DNA from: a virus
Direction: 5' to 3' (one strand)
Length of the DNA: 64,000 nt
Virus record (IMG/VR): IMGVR_UViG_3300046542_000335
Coordinates: 10,702 to 74,701 of that record
A program made the translations under genes and the position numbers. The notes under the pieces are model-generated. The model ran no database searches and was not told the DNA's origin. It worked only from the letters and a program-made list of their open reading frames with translations. Positions 1-9,410 of the stretch are shown in pieces. Within the stretch, counting starts at the first letter, position 1; each line of letters opens with the position of its first letter.

Positions 1-159
1 TACAGCCGCCACAAGTCCGGTACTGCTGCCGGTGCTGAATGGAACAAGTACGGCGTGGCCAAGTCCGACGTGATCATCGGTGTCGGCCGTCGCACCAGCC
101 ACTACAAAGGCGTAGTGAGCTACCTGGGCGAAGAAGCCGAGAAAGTGTTCGCCTCTTAA
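1..159 (+). CDS. 3' end of a hypothetical phage protein (partial)
   Basis: Frame 1 is open from the window edge (YSRHKSG...EKVFAS) to TAA 157-159, with phage-like codon usage and a hairpin after it. Confidence 0.7.
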   Translation, partial: YSRHKSGTAAGAEWNKYGVAKSDVIIGVGRRTSHYKGVVSYLGEEAEKVFAS

Positions 160-180
160 TCGGCGATCAACGCAAGTCAG

Positions 181-210
181 GCCTGGGGTTCTCACCCCAG
201 GCTTTATGCC
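181..210 (+). terminator. Hairpin GCCTGGGG/CCCCAGGC followed by TTTATGCC
   Basis: 8-bp perfect inverted repeat right after a stop codon. Confidence 0.6.
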
Positions 211-237
211 CTCAATTGAATAAGGTTAGTACCAGAT

Positions 238-1071
238 ATGCAAATCACTGTTAGCAACCTACTCGCCTCCGAAGCACTCTGGGCCACCATGACCAAGCTG
301 GCCGATCGGGTCGTAGATGGTTGTATCTGTGCGCAAAACGGCATTGCCCCTTACAGCGTCATCCATTTCAAGAACGACCTCGACGACAGCGTAACCCGCC
401 GTCAGCGCGATGTTGTTGAACACCTGACAATCAATGCGTCTAACGCAAGCTTCCGTGTATCCCGCATCATCGACGTCGCAGAAGGTACCATCAAGTATAA
501 CTGCCAGAAAGGCGGCTACGTTGGCCGTGCCATCAGACGGCACCTGGAACTCACTCAACAGAGTTCGGTCGACGCTATCCAATTCTTCGCCGGTCTGATC
601 AACTTCATCGACACCTACCGCACCAAAGATGGCGCACAAATCCGCGAGAAGCTGGCCCTGGCTGAAGCCTACAGCGTACTCAAGAACAAAGCACGCAGCA
701 CCTTCTACAAGCACATCAGCGACAACGCGACCAACGTTCTCAGTCTCCGTTCGTTCTACAGACAGGGTATCGACCTGAGCGACTTGGAACAGATCGCTGA
801 CTCCGGTCTGCCTAACGTCGGTAGCGGCGTCTACGTTTACCCGTCGCTTGATGGCGGTGGCGTTGCCGATACCCTGGTCATCGTAACGGACACCGGTTCC
901 GTAGCCGTTATCCATCTGCCGAAGTCTGGCAAGTTCCACCTATACACCACAAGCCGTCAACTCGGCCTTATGGTAGATTTCCTACACGGTGTAGGCGCAA
1001 GTCTCATCGATTCGTTGGTTGACACAAACTCGTTCATCCACGGTCTCCTGAATCAGGTTACTGTCGAGTAA
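238..1071 (+). CDS. Hypothetical protein, 277 aa
   Basis: Long ORF with upstream AAGG and a downstream terminator; no motif recognised. Confidence 0.75.
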   Translation: MQITVSNLLASEALWATMTKLADRVVDGCICAQNGIAPYSVIHFKNDLDDSVTRRQRDVVEHLTINASNASFRVSRIIDVAEGTIKYNCQKGGYVGRAIRRHLELTQQSSVDAIQFFAGLINFIDTYRTKDGAQIREKLALAEAYSVLKNKARSTFYKHISDNATNVLSLRSFYRQGIDLSDLEQIADSGLPNVGSGVYVYPSLDGGGVADTLVIVTDTGSVAVIHLPKSGKFHLYTTSRQLGLMVDFLHGVGASLIDSLVDTNSFIHGLLNQVTVE

Positions 1072-1087
1072 GCGTCATTTCGACATC

Positions 1088-1128
1088 CACGCTGGGGGCC
1101 GCATCCCCTGGCGTGTCTTTTTCTTTTT
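1088..1128 (+). terminator. Intrinsic terminator
   Basis: CACGCTGGGGG/CCCCTGGCGTG stem plus T-rich tail. Confidence 0.75.
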
Positions 1129-1144
1129 GTATTAGGAACGTCCC

Positions 1145-1576
1145 GTGACCGCAATTGAACTCCGCTTCCTCCGCATCCCAGCCCGCCCTACTGATGGTCC
1201 ACAGCCATGGCCGGAAGAACTCGATGGGTTCACGCCAGACTTCACTAATCTGAACACCTACCGCTATGGCCACTACTACGGGGTGAAGAAACCCGGCAGA
1301 CTGGCAGCGGAGAACACGCACCAACTGCGTCCGTTCACCCTCGACCTCAGTAACAGCATCATCAGTTTCACCATCGAAGACGACTACACCCCATTCACGA
1401 TGCAGGGATGTGATCTAATCTTCACCCTGGATCTCGATGCCAGGACCTACGTTGTAACCCTAGGCGACAACCACACCTTCGACGAAGAGGATTACCTCGA
1501 ACTAGACGAAGATGATCGGACTGTCGCTATCTTTGGTTTTGAAGGAGCGTTCAAAGATGAGTCAGAAAGAGCTTGA
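1145..1576 (+). CDS. Hypothetical protein, 143 aa
   Basis: GTG start after AGGA; overlaps the next gene. Confidence 0.65.
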   Translation: MTAIELRFLRIPARPTDGPQPWPEELDGFTPDFTNLNTYRYGHYYGVKKPGRLAAENTHQLRPFTLDLSNSIISFTIEDDYTPFTMQGCDLIFTLDLDARTYVVTLGDNHTFDEEDYLELDEDDRTVAIFGFEGAFKDESERA

Positions 1577-2291
1577 TGGCGGACTTCTCGCCCTGATGGA
1601 AATACATTGCAAGGACATGCGCAAGCAGTACGGCCATCTGCGAATCGATAAGCTGGCAGAAGACCAGCCTATTCCATTCCCTCATCGCCAGATGCCTACG
1701 TTCTTTGTGCTACAGATTGCAACCAAGAAAGAACTCAAGATCTGGTTCCAGCTCGAGAAGACTCTGTTCGATCATTACGAGACCCCACTCGACATTCCGA
1801 CCTACATGGGTGTCCGACCACGCCAGATGGGGAAGGCTACTGAAGCTGGGAGACTGAGGACTCTGTTGGGATTAGACCTCGATGCCCACCGTATCCATCC
1901 CGTCCACGACACCCCGATACGTGCCGACTTGACAATAGACTGGACGGCACAATTGTACGCCAGGCGAACCCACCGCCCGTCAGTTGGTCCCGGCGGACAT
2001 GCGGATGATAAAGACATCAACATCATCGGCAAGTCTGGTCTACTCCTCGCCAACTCCGGTCTGTTCTTAGGGCTAGATCCAGGTATGGGTCGTTTCAGCC
2101 GGATGTTTACTGAGGAGCATAAACGCCGCTTCGACCTTTGGCCACGTAAGGTGGAGGAAGATGATCCACCCGAAGTCAAACACAGTACTGATTACAAACG
2201 CTCGAAAGGGTGGAAGCGAATCCCGCTACAAATCCCCAATCAGGCCAAACCTTCAATCGTACTACTCGCACTACTCAGTCGTTCAGCATAA
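1557..2291 (+). CDS. Hypothetical protein, about 244 aa
   Basis: ATG 1557 preceded by GGAG; ends at a long hairpin. Confidence 0.65.
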   Translation: MSQKELDGGLLALMEIHCKDMRKQYGHLRIDKLAEDQPIPFPHRQMPTFFVLQIATKKELKIWFQLEKTLFDHYETPLDIPTYMGVRPRQMGKATEAGRLRTLLGLDLDAHRIHPVHDTPIRADLTIDWTAQLYARRTHRPSVGPGGHADDKDINIIGKSGLLLANSGLFLGLDPGMGRFSRMFTEEHKRRFDLWPRKVEEDDPPEVKHSTDYKRSKGWKRIPLQIPNQAKPSIVLLALLSRSA

Positions 2292-2293
2292 GA

Positions 2294-2345
2294 GCATAGA
2301 GCCAGGGCGTAATGCCCTGGCTCTATGCATGTGTTCTTTTTTTTT
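2294..2345. terminator. 15-bp GCATA...TATGC hairpin between convergent genes
   Basis: GCATAGAGCCAGGGC-GTAAT-GCCCTGGCTCTATGC followed by a T run. Confidence 0.8.
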
Positions 2346-2354
2346 GCATCCTTA

Positions 2355-2672
2355 TCAGAACTTGCCTTGAATGGCAACCCCTGCACCGTACGGCAAAACC
2401 AACTTCCCGACAACAGTCTGAATGTAGACCATCCCTGTCAATTTGATCACGAACACAGCGTGTCCAGTTTCCTGGATCTTGTACTGGTCGAAATCATTGG
2501 CGTACACCGGGATACGGCATTTGAGACCCATCACCGCGCGATAGACTTCCCGAAGCTCGGGAGATAGACTATCTTTGCTCAGTGTGATGAGTGCACTGCC
2601 GTACACCTTATAATTCTTGAGGTCTGCTTCCAGATCTCTTAACGCTGCATGTAACTGCTCGCATGCTGTCAT
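2355..2672 (-). CDS. Hypothetical protein, 105 aa
   Basis: ORF downstream of the tail tube gene on the same strand. Confidence 0.55.
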   Translation of the reverse strand: MTACEQLHAALRDLEADLKNYKVYGSALITLSKDSLSPELREVYRAVMGLKCRIPVYANDFDQYKIQETGHAVFVIKLTGMVYIQTVVGKLVLPYGAGVAIQGKF

Positions 2673-2744
2673 GTTGGCTTACTCGGAGACTTCCCTATAA
2701 ACCTGGGGGCAGCCCTAGCCACCCCCAAGCTCCGGCCTTACTTG

Positions 2745-3605
2745 TTACGGCGAAACCAGCGTGCTCTTCAGCAAGTTGATTTGTTCGCTGTAACCAGTTT
2801 TCACCGCGCCCACGTTCGAGTCGACACCCGATACGAAGGTCGGCTGGTACGAAGGATCGATACCAGTAACGCGCTGTGCGTCCATGAAGGCTTGCGCCAA
2901 CTTGTCCACAGCGTAACCGACTTTCTGGAAGCCAGTCCACGACAGGTTGTACGTCGCGATCTCGCCGTCTTGTTGCAGCTGACGGCTACCAATGTTCTCA
3001 CCGATATCGTTGTACGGGAAGAAGTTGGTTACCAGGAAGGCGTTTTCCACGTAGCGGAAAGTCTTGTCTGGTTCGAACGCGATGATGGTACCGCCGTAGA
3101 TGTCGGCGAGTTGGTCGGTGAACTTGTCGCTCACACCGCTCAGGAGCGCATGACCCACATCCGGATCCATGATCAGGTAGCGGGTGTAGTCTTCCAGGAA
3201 GCGAATCACTGGACGACGATCTTTCTCGACGATGGTCGAGGTGATCTGCGAACGAGCACGGGCCACGCGGGATGGAGTCTGGAAAGACTCGCCCGAGTTA
3301 CCGATCTGGGTTTCGTTTACCGAAACGGCCAGGGTGCGGTTGAAACCAGACCAGGACTGCATCCAGTTCTCGATCAGGTTCTTGTACGCTGCGATGTAAG
3401 CCGCGGCGTTAGGCATGTAGGTCAAGCCCACTGGTGCCTGAAGAACCTTCACGATCAACGGCTTACGGATGTAGTCCGTAGCCGATGGGTAGTAGGCCAT
3501 ATCGGTGATATAGCCCTGTTGACCCTGAACGGCGAGGTTCAGTACCTTGGCCTGCGCGGTACCTGCGTAGGCCTTGTCAGTCAACGTTTCGTTATAACGT
3601 GGCAT
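2745..3605 (-). CDS. Tail tube protein (phiKZ gp30-like)
   Basis: 286 aa, directly downstream of the sheath gene; size and sheath-tube order match phiKZ gp29/gp30. Confidence 0.8.
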   Translation of the reverse strand: MPRYNETLTDKAYAGTAQAKVLNLAVQGQQGYITDMAYYPSATDYIRKPLIVKVLQAPVGLTYMPNAAAYIAAYKNLIENWMQSWSGFNRTLAVSVNETQIGNSGESFQTPSRVARARSQITSTIVEKDRRPVIRFLEDYTRYLIMDPDVGHALLSGVSDKFTDQLADIYGGTIIAFEPDKTFRYVENAFLVTNFFPYNDIGENIGSRQLQQDGEIATYNLSWTGFQKVGYAVDKLAQAFMDAQRVTGIDPSYQPTFVSGVDSNVGAVKTGYSEQINLLKSTLVSP

Positions 3606-3611
3606 ACGCTA

Positions 3612-5663
3612 TTACTCCTCGTTCCGGCGACGTTGTGCAATAACCGCCAGGTTCTGCACAGTGCGGATGTTATCACCAGCCATGCCGATGTCCAGGTGCC
3701 AGCTGAAGCCCAACGCTTCGTCCAGGGCATTGTAGTAGGCGTTCGGAGTGATGGTCACCCGGCCGTCGTACTTGCCAGTGGTACGCTCGGTAACCTTGTC
3801 GGTCACGGCGTCCAGGAACTCTTCGTCGGTCAGTTGGCTGTCGCCCGACATTTCACGCCACACGATGTGACCGATACGCGTCAGGTTGCAAGCAATCTGA
3901 GTGTTCAGGTAACCGTGCAGTACGGAAGTGTGGGTTTCGTAGATCGACTGGATACCTGCGTAGAACAGGCGAGACATGTCGAACCACTCAGCGTAGTTCA
4001 GGCCGTTGTCCCAATCGTTCTTACGAGCGCCAACCAGCTTGGTGCCGGCGTTGTGGTCGCGGTAACGAGTCACGATGTTCTGCTCACCACGCCCGAAAGC
4101 GAAGTCAGAGTTCATCGAGCCGTCAGCGGCCGACATGTACTCGGCGCCTTTGATCAGCAGCCATTCCAGGAATGGAACCAGACCATCGTAGTTGTCGTTG
4201 ATCAGACGACCAGCCGACATTACCACCGCATAGCGGCAGGCCTTGGTGCCGAACTCAGCCGACTCTTGCGATGCACGGAAGTGCGAACGCAGGGTCACGC
4301 CGATGGACGAATCCGCGGCAGCGCTGTTCAGCGGCTTCAGCACGTCCTGGGTGCAGGCGTGGATGTACACGTCTGGACGGATGGCGTGGAAGTTGGCGAA
4401 CTTCAGCTTGGTGTCGACCGGGAAGCCCGAGTCCCACACGGAATCGTACGGCATGCGCGCGATGTCAGCGTAAGGGAACGAAGCATCGTCCAGACCGCCC
4501 AGGATGTTGTCAACCAGGACGTTGAACTCTGCCACACCGATGGTACCGTCGGTACCGCCTTGCAGGAAGTGGTTCGAGGTTTCGGTGAACAGCAGACCGC
4601 CAGCCTGAGGACCTTCAACTACGAAGGTGTTGTATGGTACGCCATGGACGTCCACACCAGTCAGGATGTTGATCAGATGCGCATCAGCGATCTCGTCGCC
4701 AGTGTGCGCTTCTTCCGCGTCCTTCAGCTGAGCCAGGATACCCTCGATGTTGGCATCGTAGATATTCAGCTTTTCGAAGTTGCCGAAACCGGTGAACTGA
4801 GACAGGTCGGTGGTTTCGTACGAACGGATGATGTTCTTGCCGCCGTAGTACTCGATGTCGGTGGACAGGTCCACGGCACCTTTCTTCAGCGAGAAGTCAA
4901 CGAAGTTGCCGCCGTCGAGGTTCGAGACCAGGCGAGCAGTCGACTGAGCGTTGGTACGCTCGATCATCTGGATACGGTACAGGAAGGTACCCAGGTTTTC
5001 GCTCAGATCGGCGTCAGCCGGATCGGTGCTGTTCACGGTCGGAGCGGACAGGCGGAAACCGAGGTTCTTGCCTTTCTCACCGATGTGACGGCCATTGAAG
5101 TCCAGGACCGGAGTCAGGGTGGAGATGTCGCCATCCTTACCCGATACCAGACCGCCATCACCAGCCTGACCAGCGCCGAAGCCGTTAGCCGGGATTTCGA
5201 CAGCTTTCCATTGCAGACGGAAACCTTGAACGGTCTCGCCAGCAACAACGATCTTCGCGCCCGACGTGTCGAGTTTGAAGGTGCCGTCAGCGTTACGCTC
5301 GTAAACAGGCAGCTCATCAGCAACCATGTCCAGCGACAGACGAACAGTCGCACGCTTCGCATCGGCAGGCACGATACGCTGCAAGAGCGCCTTGCCGCCA
5401 GCGGCGAAGTGAGAGCGAATGAACTGGCTCTGGTGAGTGAAGAATTTCGAACGCGGGTTGGTCAACTCTTTGCCGTAAAGCAATTCCTGACCATCGCCAT
5501 CCACGTAACGTGCTTTGTCAGTTTCGCCCCAGGCAGCCAGGGTGAAAAACAGTGGCACGCGGATCGGGAGGCTTTCGCCTGGCATAACCAGGTTGACCGC
5601 CGATTCGTCCTTGATACCACGGAAAACCGTCCGTGGCAAAGAACTGTAAGTACTTACAGACAT
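3612..5663 (-). CDS. Contractile tail sheath protein (phiKZ gp29-like)
   Basis: 683 aa; N-terminal 'FRGIKDES' and 'LQGGTDG...WDSGFPVDTK' segments recalled as typical of phiKZ-type sheaths; divergent from the terminase operon. Confidence 0.88.
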   Translation of the reverse strand: MSVSTYSSLPRTVFRGIKDESAVNLVMPGESLPIRVPLFFTLAAWGETDKARYVDGDGQELLYGKELTNPRSKFFTHQSQFIRSHFAAGGKALLQRIVPADAKRATVRLSLDMVADELPVYERNADGTFKLDTSGAKIVVAGETVQGFRLQWKAVEIPANGFGAGQAGDGGLVSGKDGDISTLTPVLDFNGRHIGEKGKNLGFRLSAPTVNSTDPADADLSENLGTFLYRIQMIERTNAQSTARLVSNLDGGNFVDFSLKKGAVDLSTDIEYYGGKNIIRSYETTDLSQFTGFGNFEKLNIYDANIEGILAQLKDAEEAHTGDEIADAHLINILTGVDVHGVPYNTFVVEGPQAGGLLFTETSNHFLQGGTDGTIGVAEFNVLVDNILGGLDDASFPYADIARMPYDSVWDSGFPVDTKLKFANFHAIRPDVYIHACTQDVLKPLNSAAADSSIGVTLRSHFRASQESAEFGTKACRYAVVMSAGRLINDNYDGLVPFLEWLLIKGAEYMSAADGSMNSDFAFGRGEQNIVTRYRDHNAGTKLVGARKNDWDNGLNYAEWFDMSRLFYAGIQSIYETHTSVLHGYLNTQIACNLTRIGHIVWREMSGDSQLTDEEFLDAVTDKVTERTTGKYDGRVTITPNAYYNALDEALGFSWHLDIGMAGDNIRTVQNLAVIAQRRRNEE

Positions 5664-5796
5664 GTTTATACTCCCAGGAGTTTAGTTCCGCGCAGAACAA
5701 TCGAGGAATTGTATGGTCGCTACTACATTGGTGGAATACGCCAAATGTCGCAGCGTACGCATACTATTTTAAATCAGCTCCTACAGCAGCTGTTTT

Positions 5797-5808
5797 AATA
5801 TTTTACAA
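5797..5808 (-). promoter_or_regulatory. TTGTAAAATATT box (minus-strand copy) in the divergent sheath/structural-gene spacer
   Basis: The same 12-mer occurs at 17818-17829 and 29944-29955. Confidence 0.45.
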
Positions 5809-5830
5809 ACCTTCATGGAGACCGCGAACA

Positions 5831-6724
5831 ATGTTCGATACCCCATACCAAACAACACCGTGTTCGCGTTTCGTGCTGGATAAAATCGCAACCGGAATCC
5901 GCAGACTCGAGATCGATGAAAAACTGGTGAAGGTAGCAGGTGTGGAAGGTATCGCCCTTGTACCGCCAGGAGTCACCGAGTTCCAACCTTTCAACCAGCC
6001 CATCACCAATAAAGAAATTCCTACGCTCGCTAATACCGTCGTACTGGACGGTCGGTCGTTGCTACGTCCCGATGGGACTGCGGTTCGGATCGATGTTTTC
6101 CAACACACCATCCTGACAGCCAAACTGACAAAGCTCTGGGTGGAAGGTGACGTGTCGGCTCGCCATGACTTCTTGAACGTCGGCGACTTTGCACTGAAAT
6201 CGTTCACGGCGTGGGTGAGTTCTGCGCTGGCTTTGCGGTTGAGTCTTGACTTTGGTCAGACCTCGATGTTGCGTGCCTTGACAACCATTTACTTCTTGCA
6301 GTTGCACGAAGCGGTTGACAGTCACACCACACCATTAGAGCAGGACCGTATTATGGTCCGTGCAGCCCGCGCTTTGGTGGGTATGGATCCAGTCACCCTG
6401 CACGCTGCGGTCGGTGATGTTCCTCCTCTGAACAGCGTCTCTGACTTCGTAGCCTGGGTGAAGAAAGTGATGAACAGCCCTCGGGTTGAGCAACTCACTG
6501 TCGGCTTCCTTTACATCGCCCTGGGTGCGTCTTACGGTCCGGCTTACCGTGAAGCAGTGGCCATCGCATTGGAATACCCTCCGATGTTTATCGCCATGGT
6601 GTACTCGGCAGTGAACGATCGCGGTTACTCCAAAACTGGCCTGGGTAAAACCGTTGAGCGCGTGATCAGTCGCGACAACCACAAAGAGTTCATCAAGAAC
6701 GTCAACAACCTCATCAAGGGGTAA
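5831..6724 (+). CDS. Virion structural protein (phiKZ gp28-like)
   Basis: ATG 5831 after GGAG; first gene of the gp28-27-26-terminase operon by synteny. Confidence 0.7.
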   Translation: MFDTPYQTTPCSRFVLDKIATGIRRLEIDEKLVKVAGVEGIALVPPGVTEFQPFNQPITNKEIPTLANTVVLDGRSLLRPDGTAVRIDVFQHTILTAKLTKLWVEGDVSARHDFLNVGDFALKSFTAWVSSALALRLSLDFGQTSMLRALTTIYFLQLHEAVDSHTTPLEQDRIMVRAARALVGMDPVTLHAAVGDVPPLNSVSDFVAWVKKVMNSPRVEQLTVGFLYIALGASYGPAYREAVAIALEYPPMFIAMVYSAVNDRGYSKTGLGKTVERVISRDNHKEFIKNVNNLIKG

Positions 6725-6727
6725 TCC

Positions 6728-9370
6728 ATGAGCAGTTCGACTGATTACTTGGTCGACTATGCCACTCGCAATATCTGGTGTTCTCCAGGAATGGACCGCC
6801 AGCACATCGTCGCCCCAACGCGAGTAACACGGCATTGGGGTGCGTATGCGAACGTGCGTATCGGTCGGCGTGACTACAACCTTCCAACGATCAACACCTA
6901 CTACCATGTCTTCGTGGTCGGTGACCTCCCTCCCTTCTTGGTTGGGATGGATGAGATCCGTAATAAGTGGGTGTCTGCTCGGGCGCATTCTGTCAACACG
7001 TCGCTGCTGATCGATACCTACACCGCTCCTGGTAAACGCATCCCGTCTCAGAACGTCTACTTCCTGTATACCCGTGACGGGAACATGGTCGTGGCCATCA
7101 AGGACATGCCGATCGTGACTGAGATCGGTACTGAGCAACCTTATATCCGCTGGCGCAGCAATGCCTGGTTCGATAGCAAGGACGCCGTGGCCATTGACCA
7201 GGGTATCGAGATCGAAGGCTACACCTACGTCGACAACAATAGCTTCTACGCCTACCAGCAACTCTGGCGTGCAGCAAAGGCCGCCACCCCTGGCGCGGCC
7301 ATGGCGTATGTCAACGGCAAGCGGATCAAGGACATCAACAACGTCACCTGCAAGATGGGCGACATTATTGAGTACGTCCGGGATAAGTCGATCCGTGAAG
7401 TGGTCGAGTACAAGCTCAAGGACTTGAAGTCGTTTGCCAGTACCCTCGATCTCAAGGACAAATACCTGATCGCTCGCAATGGATTGGGTACCTTGATCGA
7501 CTACGTGGACGACATCGACATCTTCCTGCTGCGGTACACCACAGAGTTCGTCTATGACGGCCTGTACTACCACCAGAACCAGGTGGACGGTGTTCGGATG
7601 GTAACCCACCGGGATTACGCCATCAGTACCGCCTACGTCGCCTCGATGATTGAGGCTGAAGAGTTCTGGCAGAACTACCACGACATCCGAGTGGAAGTCG
7701 TAGTGCGGCATGGTGGGTATCGTCGTCCGTTGGTGTATAACGCTCAGCGTATCCAGGAACTGTTTAAGCTTCCGTACACCAAACGCATTAATGCCATGAT
7801 CGGTCCGGCGTCTAACGTGTCGGTGTGGAAAGCGGCTGCTCTTGAAGCGTCTGCTTATTGCAACGTCATCGGTGCGTTGGACGGTGCTATCACTCGACCA
7901 CTGGCGCGTGACGCCTTGGGTTATCATGCGATCAGTCGCATGGTGGGTGACCTGCCTCAGAAGATGGCTGTTTCCCCTAATGCGCGTTGGTTGCAATTGC
8001 CGTGGCAGTCTGTGAAGAAGGGGACCGTCTTTGAGTATAACGCTTCTGGTCTGCTGTTGGGTTGGTATCCGCATGATTACTCAATGGAATACCTCGTTAA
8101 CAACGCGAACGCGATTTACTTCGAAGCGTTGACGGGCGAAGCCAGTGCGGCGGATTACACGATCTACGACGTTCAGGACTTCGCAGTCCAGGCCGACACC
8201 GATTACCGCTTCTACGTCTGCACCATCTGGAACAACATCCCTCGCAACGACTGGATCGATGTCACCGGTGATGACGACTACTACGAGATCGTCAATGGTC
8301 TCGTGAAGTGGAAGATCAACCCAACGATGAAGAAGGCGGCGATTCGCTGCGACACTCGGACGTACATCAAGAACTTCGAGCTGTCCTACCGCGACCGTGC
8401 GTTGGCCTTCAGTGTCATCTCTAAAGAAGACATGATCGTTGCGGATGACGAGACTGACCTGGAAGCCATGGTCGAGATCCCGTTTGGTCAGGTCGATGTG
8501 TTCCTCAATGGCCGTACCTTGATCGAGAACCTGGACTACTACGTATCCTGGCCTGAGATCTGTATCGTCAACAAGGAATACCTGCTGGATGACCGTATTC
8601 AGTACGTGACGGTTCGTGGTCGTGGTTTCTGCACCAAGGACTTCAAGCGTGAGACGGCGCGTGACTGGGGCTTCATTGCTCACCGTGCGCTCAGCGAGAA
8701 CTTCCGGTTCAACCTGCATGACGACCAAGTCGCTCGTGTGGTGATCGGTGGTCAGCTGTACTCTCGCAGCGAACTGAAGTGGGCGGAAGACAACGGTCTG
8801 TTGCCAGTCGGTATCCAGAACGGTGCTCCGTACCAGGTGACCAACCCAATCATCCCGATGAAAGGGCTGACCGATATCGACACCTACGAATGGCGTGACA
8901 AGTCGTGGGCAGTGGATAACGAGATCGAGGACTACATGTCCCTCTATCTACCTCAGAAGCCCCCAGCCACTCCGAACCCGATCCCGGCTTGGTATAGGGT
9001 TTACAGTCCGCTCTGCACCAAGTTGATCTACGACATGCTCGATGGCGTGATCAACATGAACGAGTTCAAAGAGGAGTACAGCCTCGAATGGCTTCGTGAG
9101 CGGATGCGTGGTTACGACTGGCTGCTCAAGTACGATCCTTCGCTGAAGGAGGAAGTTGACCTGCAACACGTCATCATCCACCCTCACCCGGAAGATGGTG
9201 CGATCGGTCTCAACATCTACCAGTACCGCCTGCTGGACCGTGTGATCCAAGTCATGCTCGATGGTCGTGTTTCGATCACCCGTGACCTGGTAGTCGTCGA
9301 AGAAGGCTTTGAGCACGATTCGATCGATCACCCGCATCCACATCAGACCTGGGAGTCTGTGGGTCAATAA
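6728..9370 (+). CDS. Virion structural protein (phiKZ gp27-like)
   Basis: 880 aa; N-terminal 'YATRNIWCSP.MDRQ'; position in the terminase operon. Confidence 0.75.
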   Translation: MSSSTDYLVDYATRNIWCSPGMDRQHIVAPTRVTRHWGAYANVRIGRRDYNLPTINTYYHVFVVGDLPPFLVGMDEIRNKWVSARAHSVNTSLLIDTYTAPGKRIPSQNVYFLYTRDGNMVVAIKDMPIVTEIGTEQPYIRWRSNAWFDSKDAVAIDQGIEIEGYTYVDNNSFYAYQQLWRAAKAATPGAAMAYVNGKRIKDINNVTCKMGDIIEYVRDKSIREVVEYKLKDLKSFASTLDLKDKYLIARNGLGTLIDYVDDIDIFLLRYTTEFVYDGLYYHQNQVDGVRMVTHRDYAISTAYVASMIEAEEFWQNYHDIRVEVVVRHGGYRRPLVYNAQRIQELFKLPYTKRINAMIGPASNVSVWKAAALEASAYCNVIGALDGAITRPLARDALGYHAISRMVGDLPQKMAVSPNARWLQLPWQSVKKGTVFEYNASGLLLGWYPHDYSMEYLVNNANAIYFEALTGEASAADYTIYDVQDFAVQADTDYRFYVCTIWNNIPRNDWIDVTGDDDYYEIVNGLVKWKINPTMKKAAIRCDTRTYIKNFELSYRDRALAFSVISKEDMIVADDETDLEAMVEIPFGQVDVFLNGRTLIENLDYYVSWPEICIVNKEYLLDDRIQYVTVRGRGFCTKDFKRETARDWGFIAHRALSENFRFNLHDDQVARVVIGGQLYSRSELKWAEDNGLLPVGIQNGAPYQVTNPIIPMKGLTDIDTYEWRDKSWAVDNEIEDYMSLYLPQKPPATPNPIPAWYRVYSPLCTKLIYDMLDGVINMNEFKEEYSLEWLRERMRGYDWLLKYDPSLKEEVDLQHVIIHPHPEDGAIGLNIYQYRLLDRVIQVMLDGRVSITRDLVVVEEGFEHDSIDHPHPHQTWESVGQ

Positions 9371-9410
9371 TCACAGGGGAGGGTAACCTCCCCCTCACTT
9401 GGATATGGAA

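Noticed and set aside
2742-5798. 1018-aa plus-strand ORF antisense to the sheath and tube genes
   Set aside because: Shadow ORF: strong codon bias in the real genes removes antisense stops; the translation has no motifs and mirrors the true genes.
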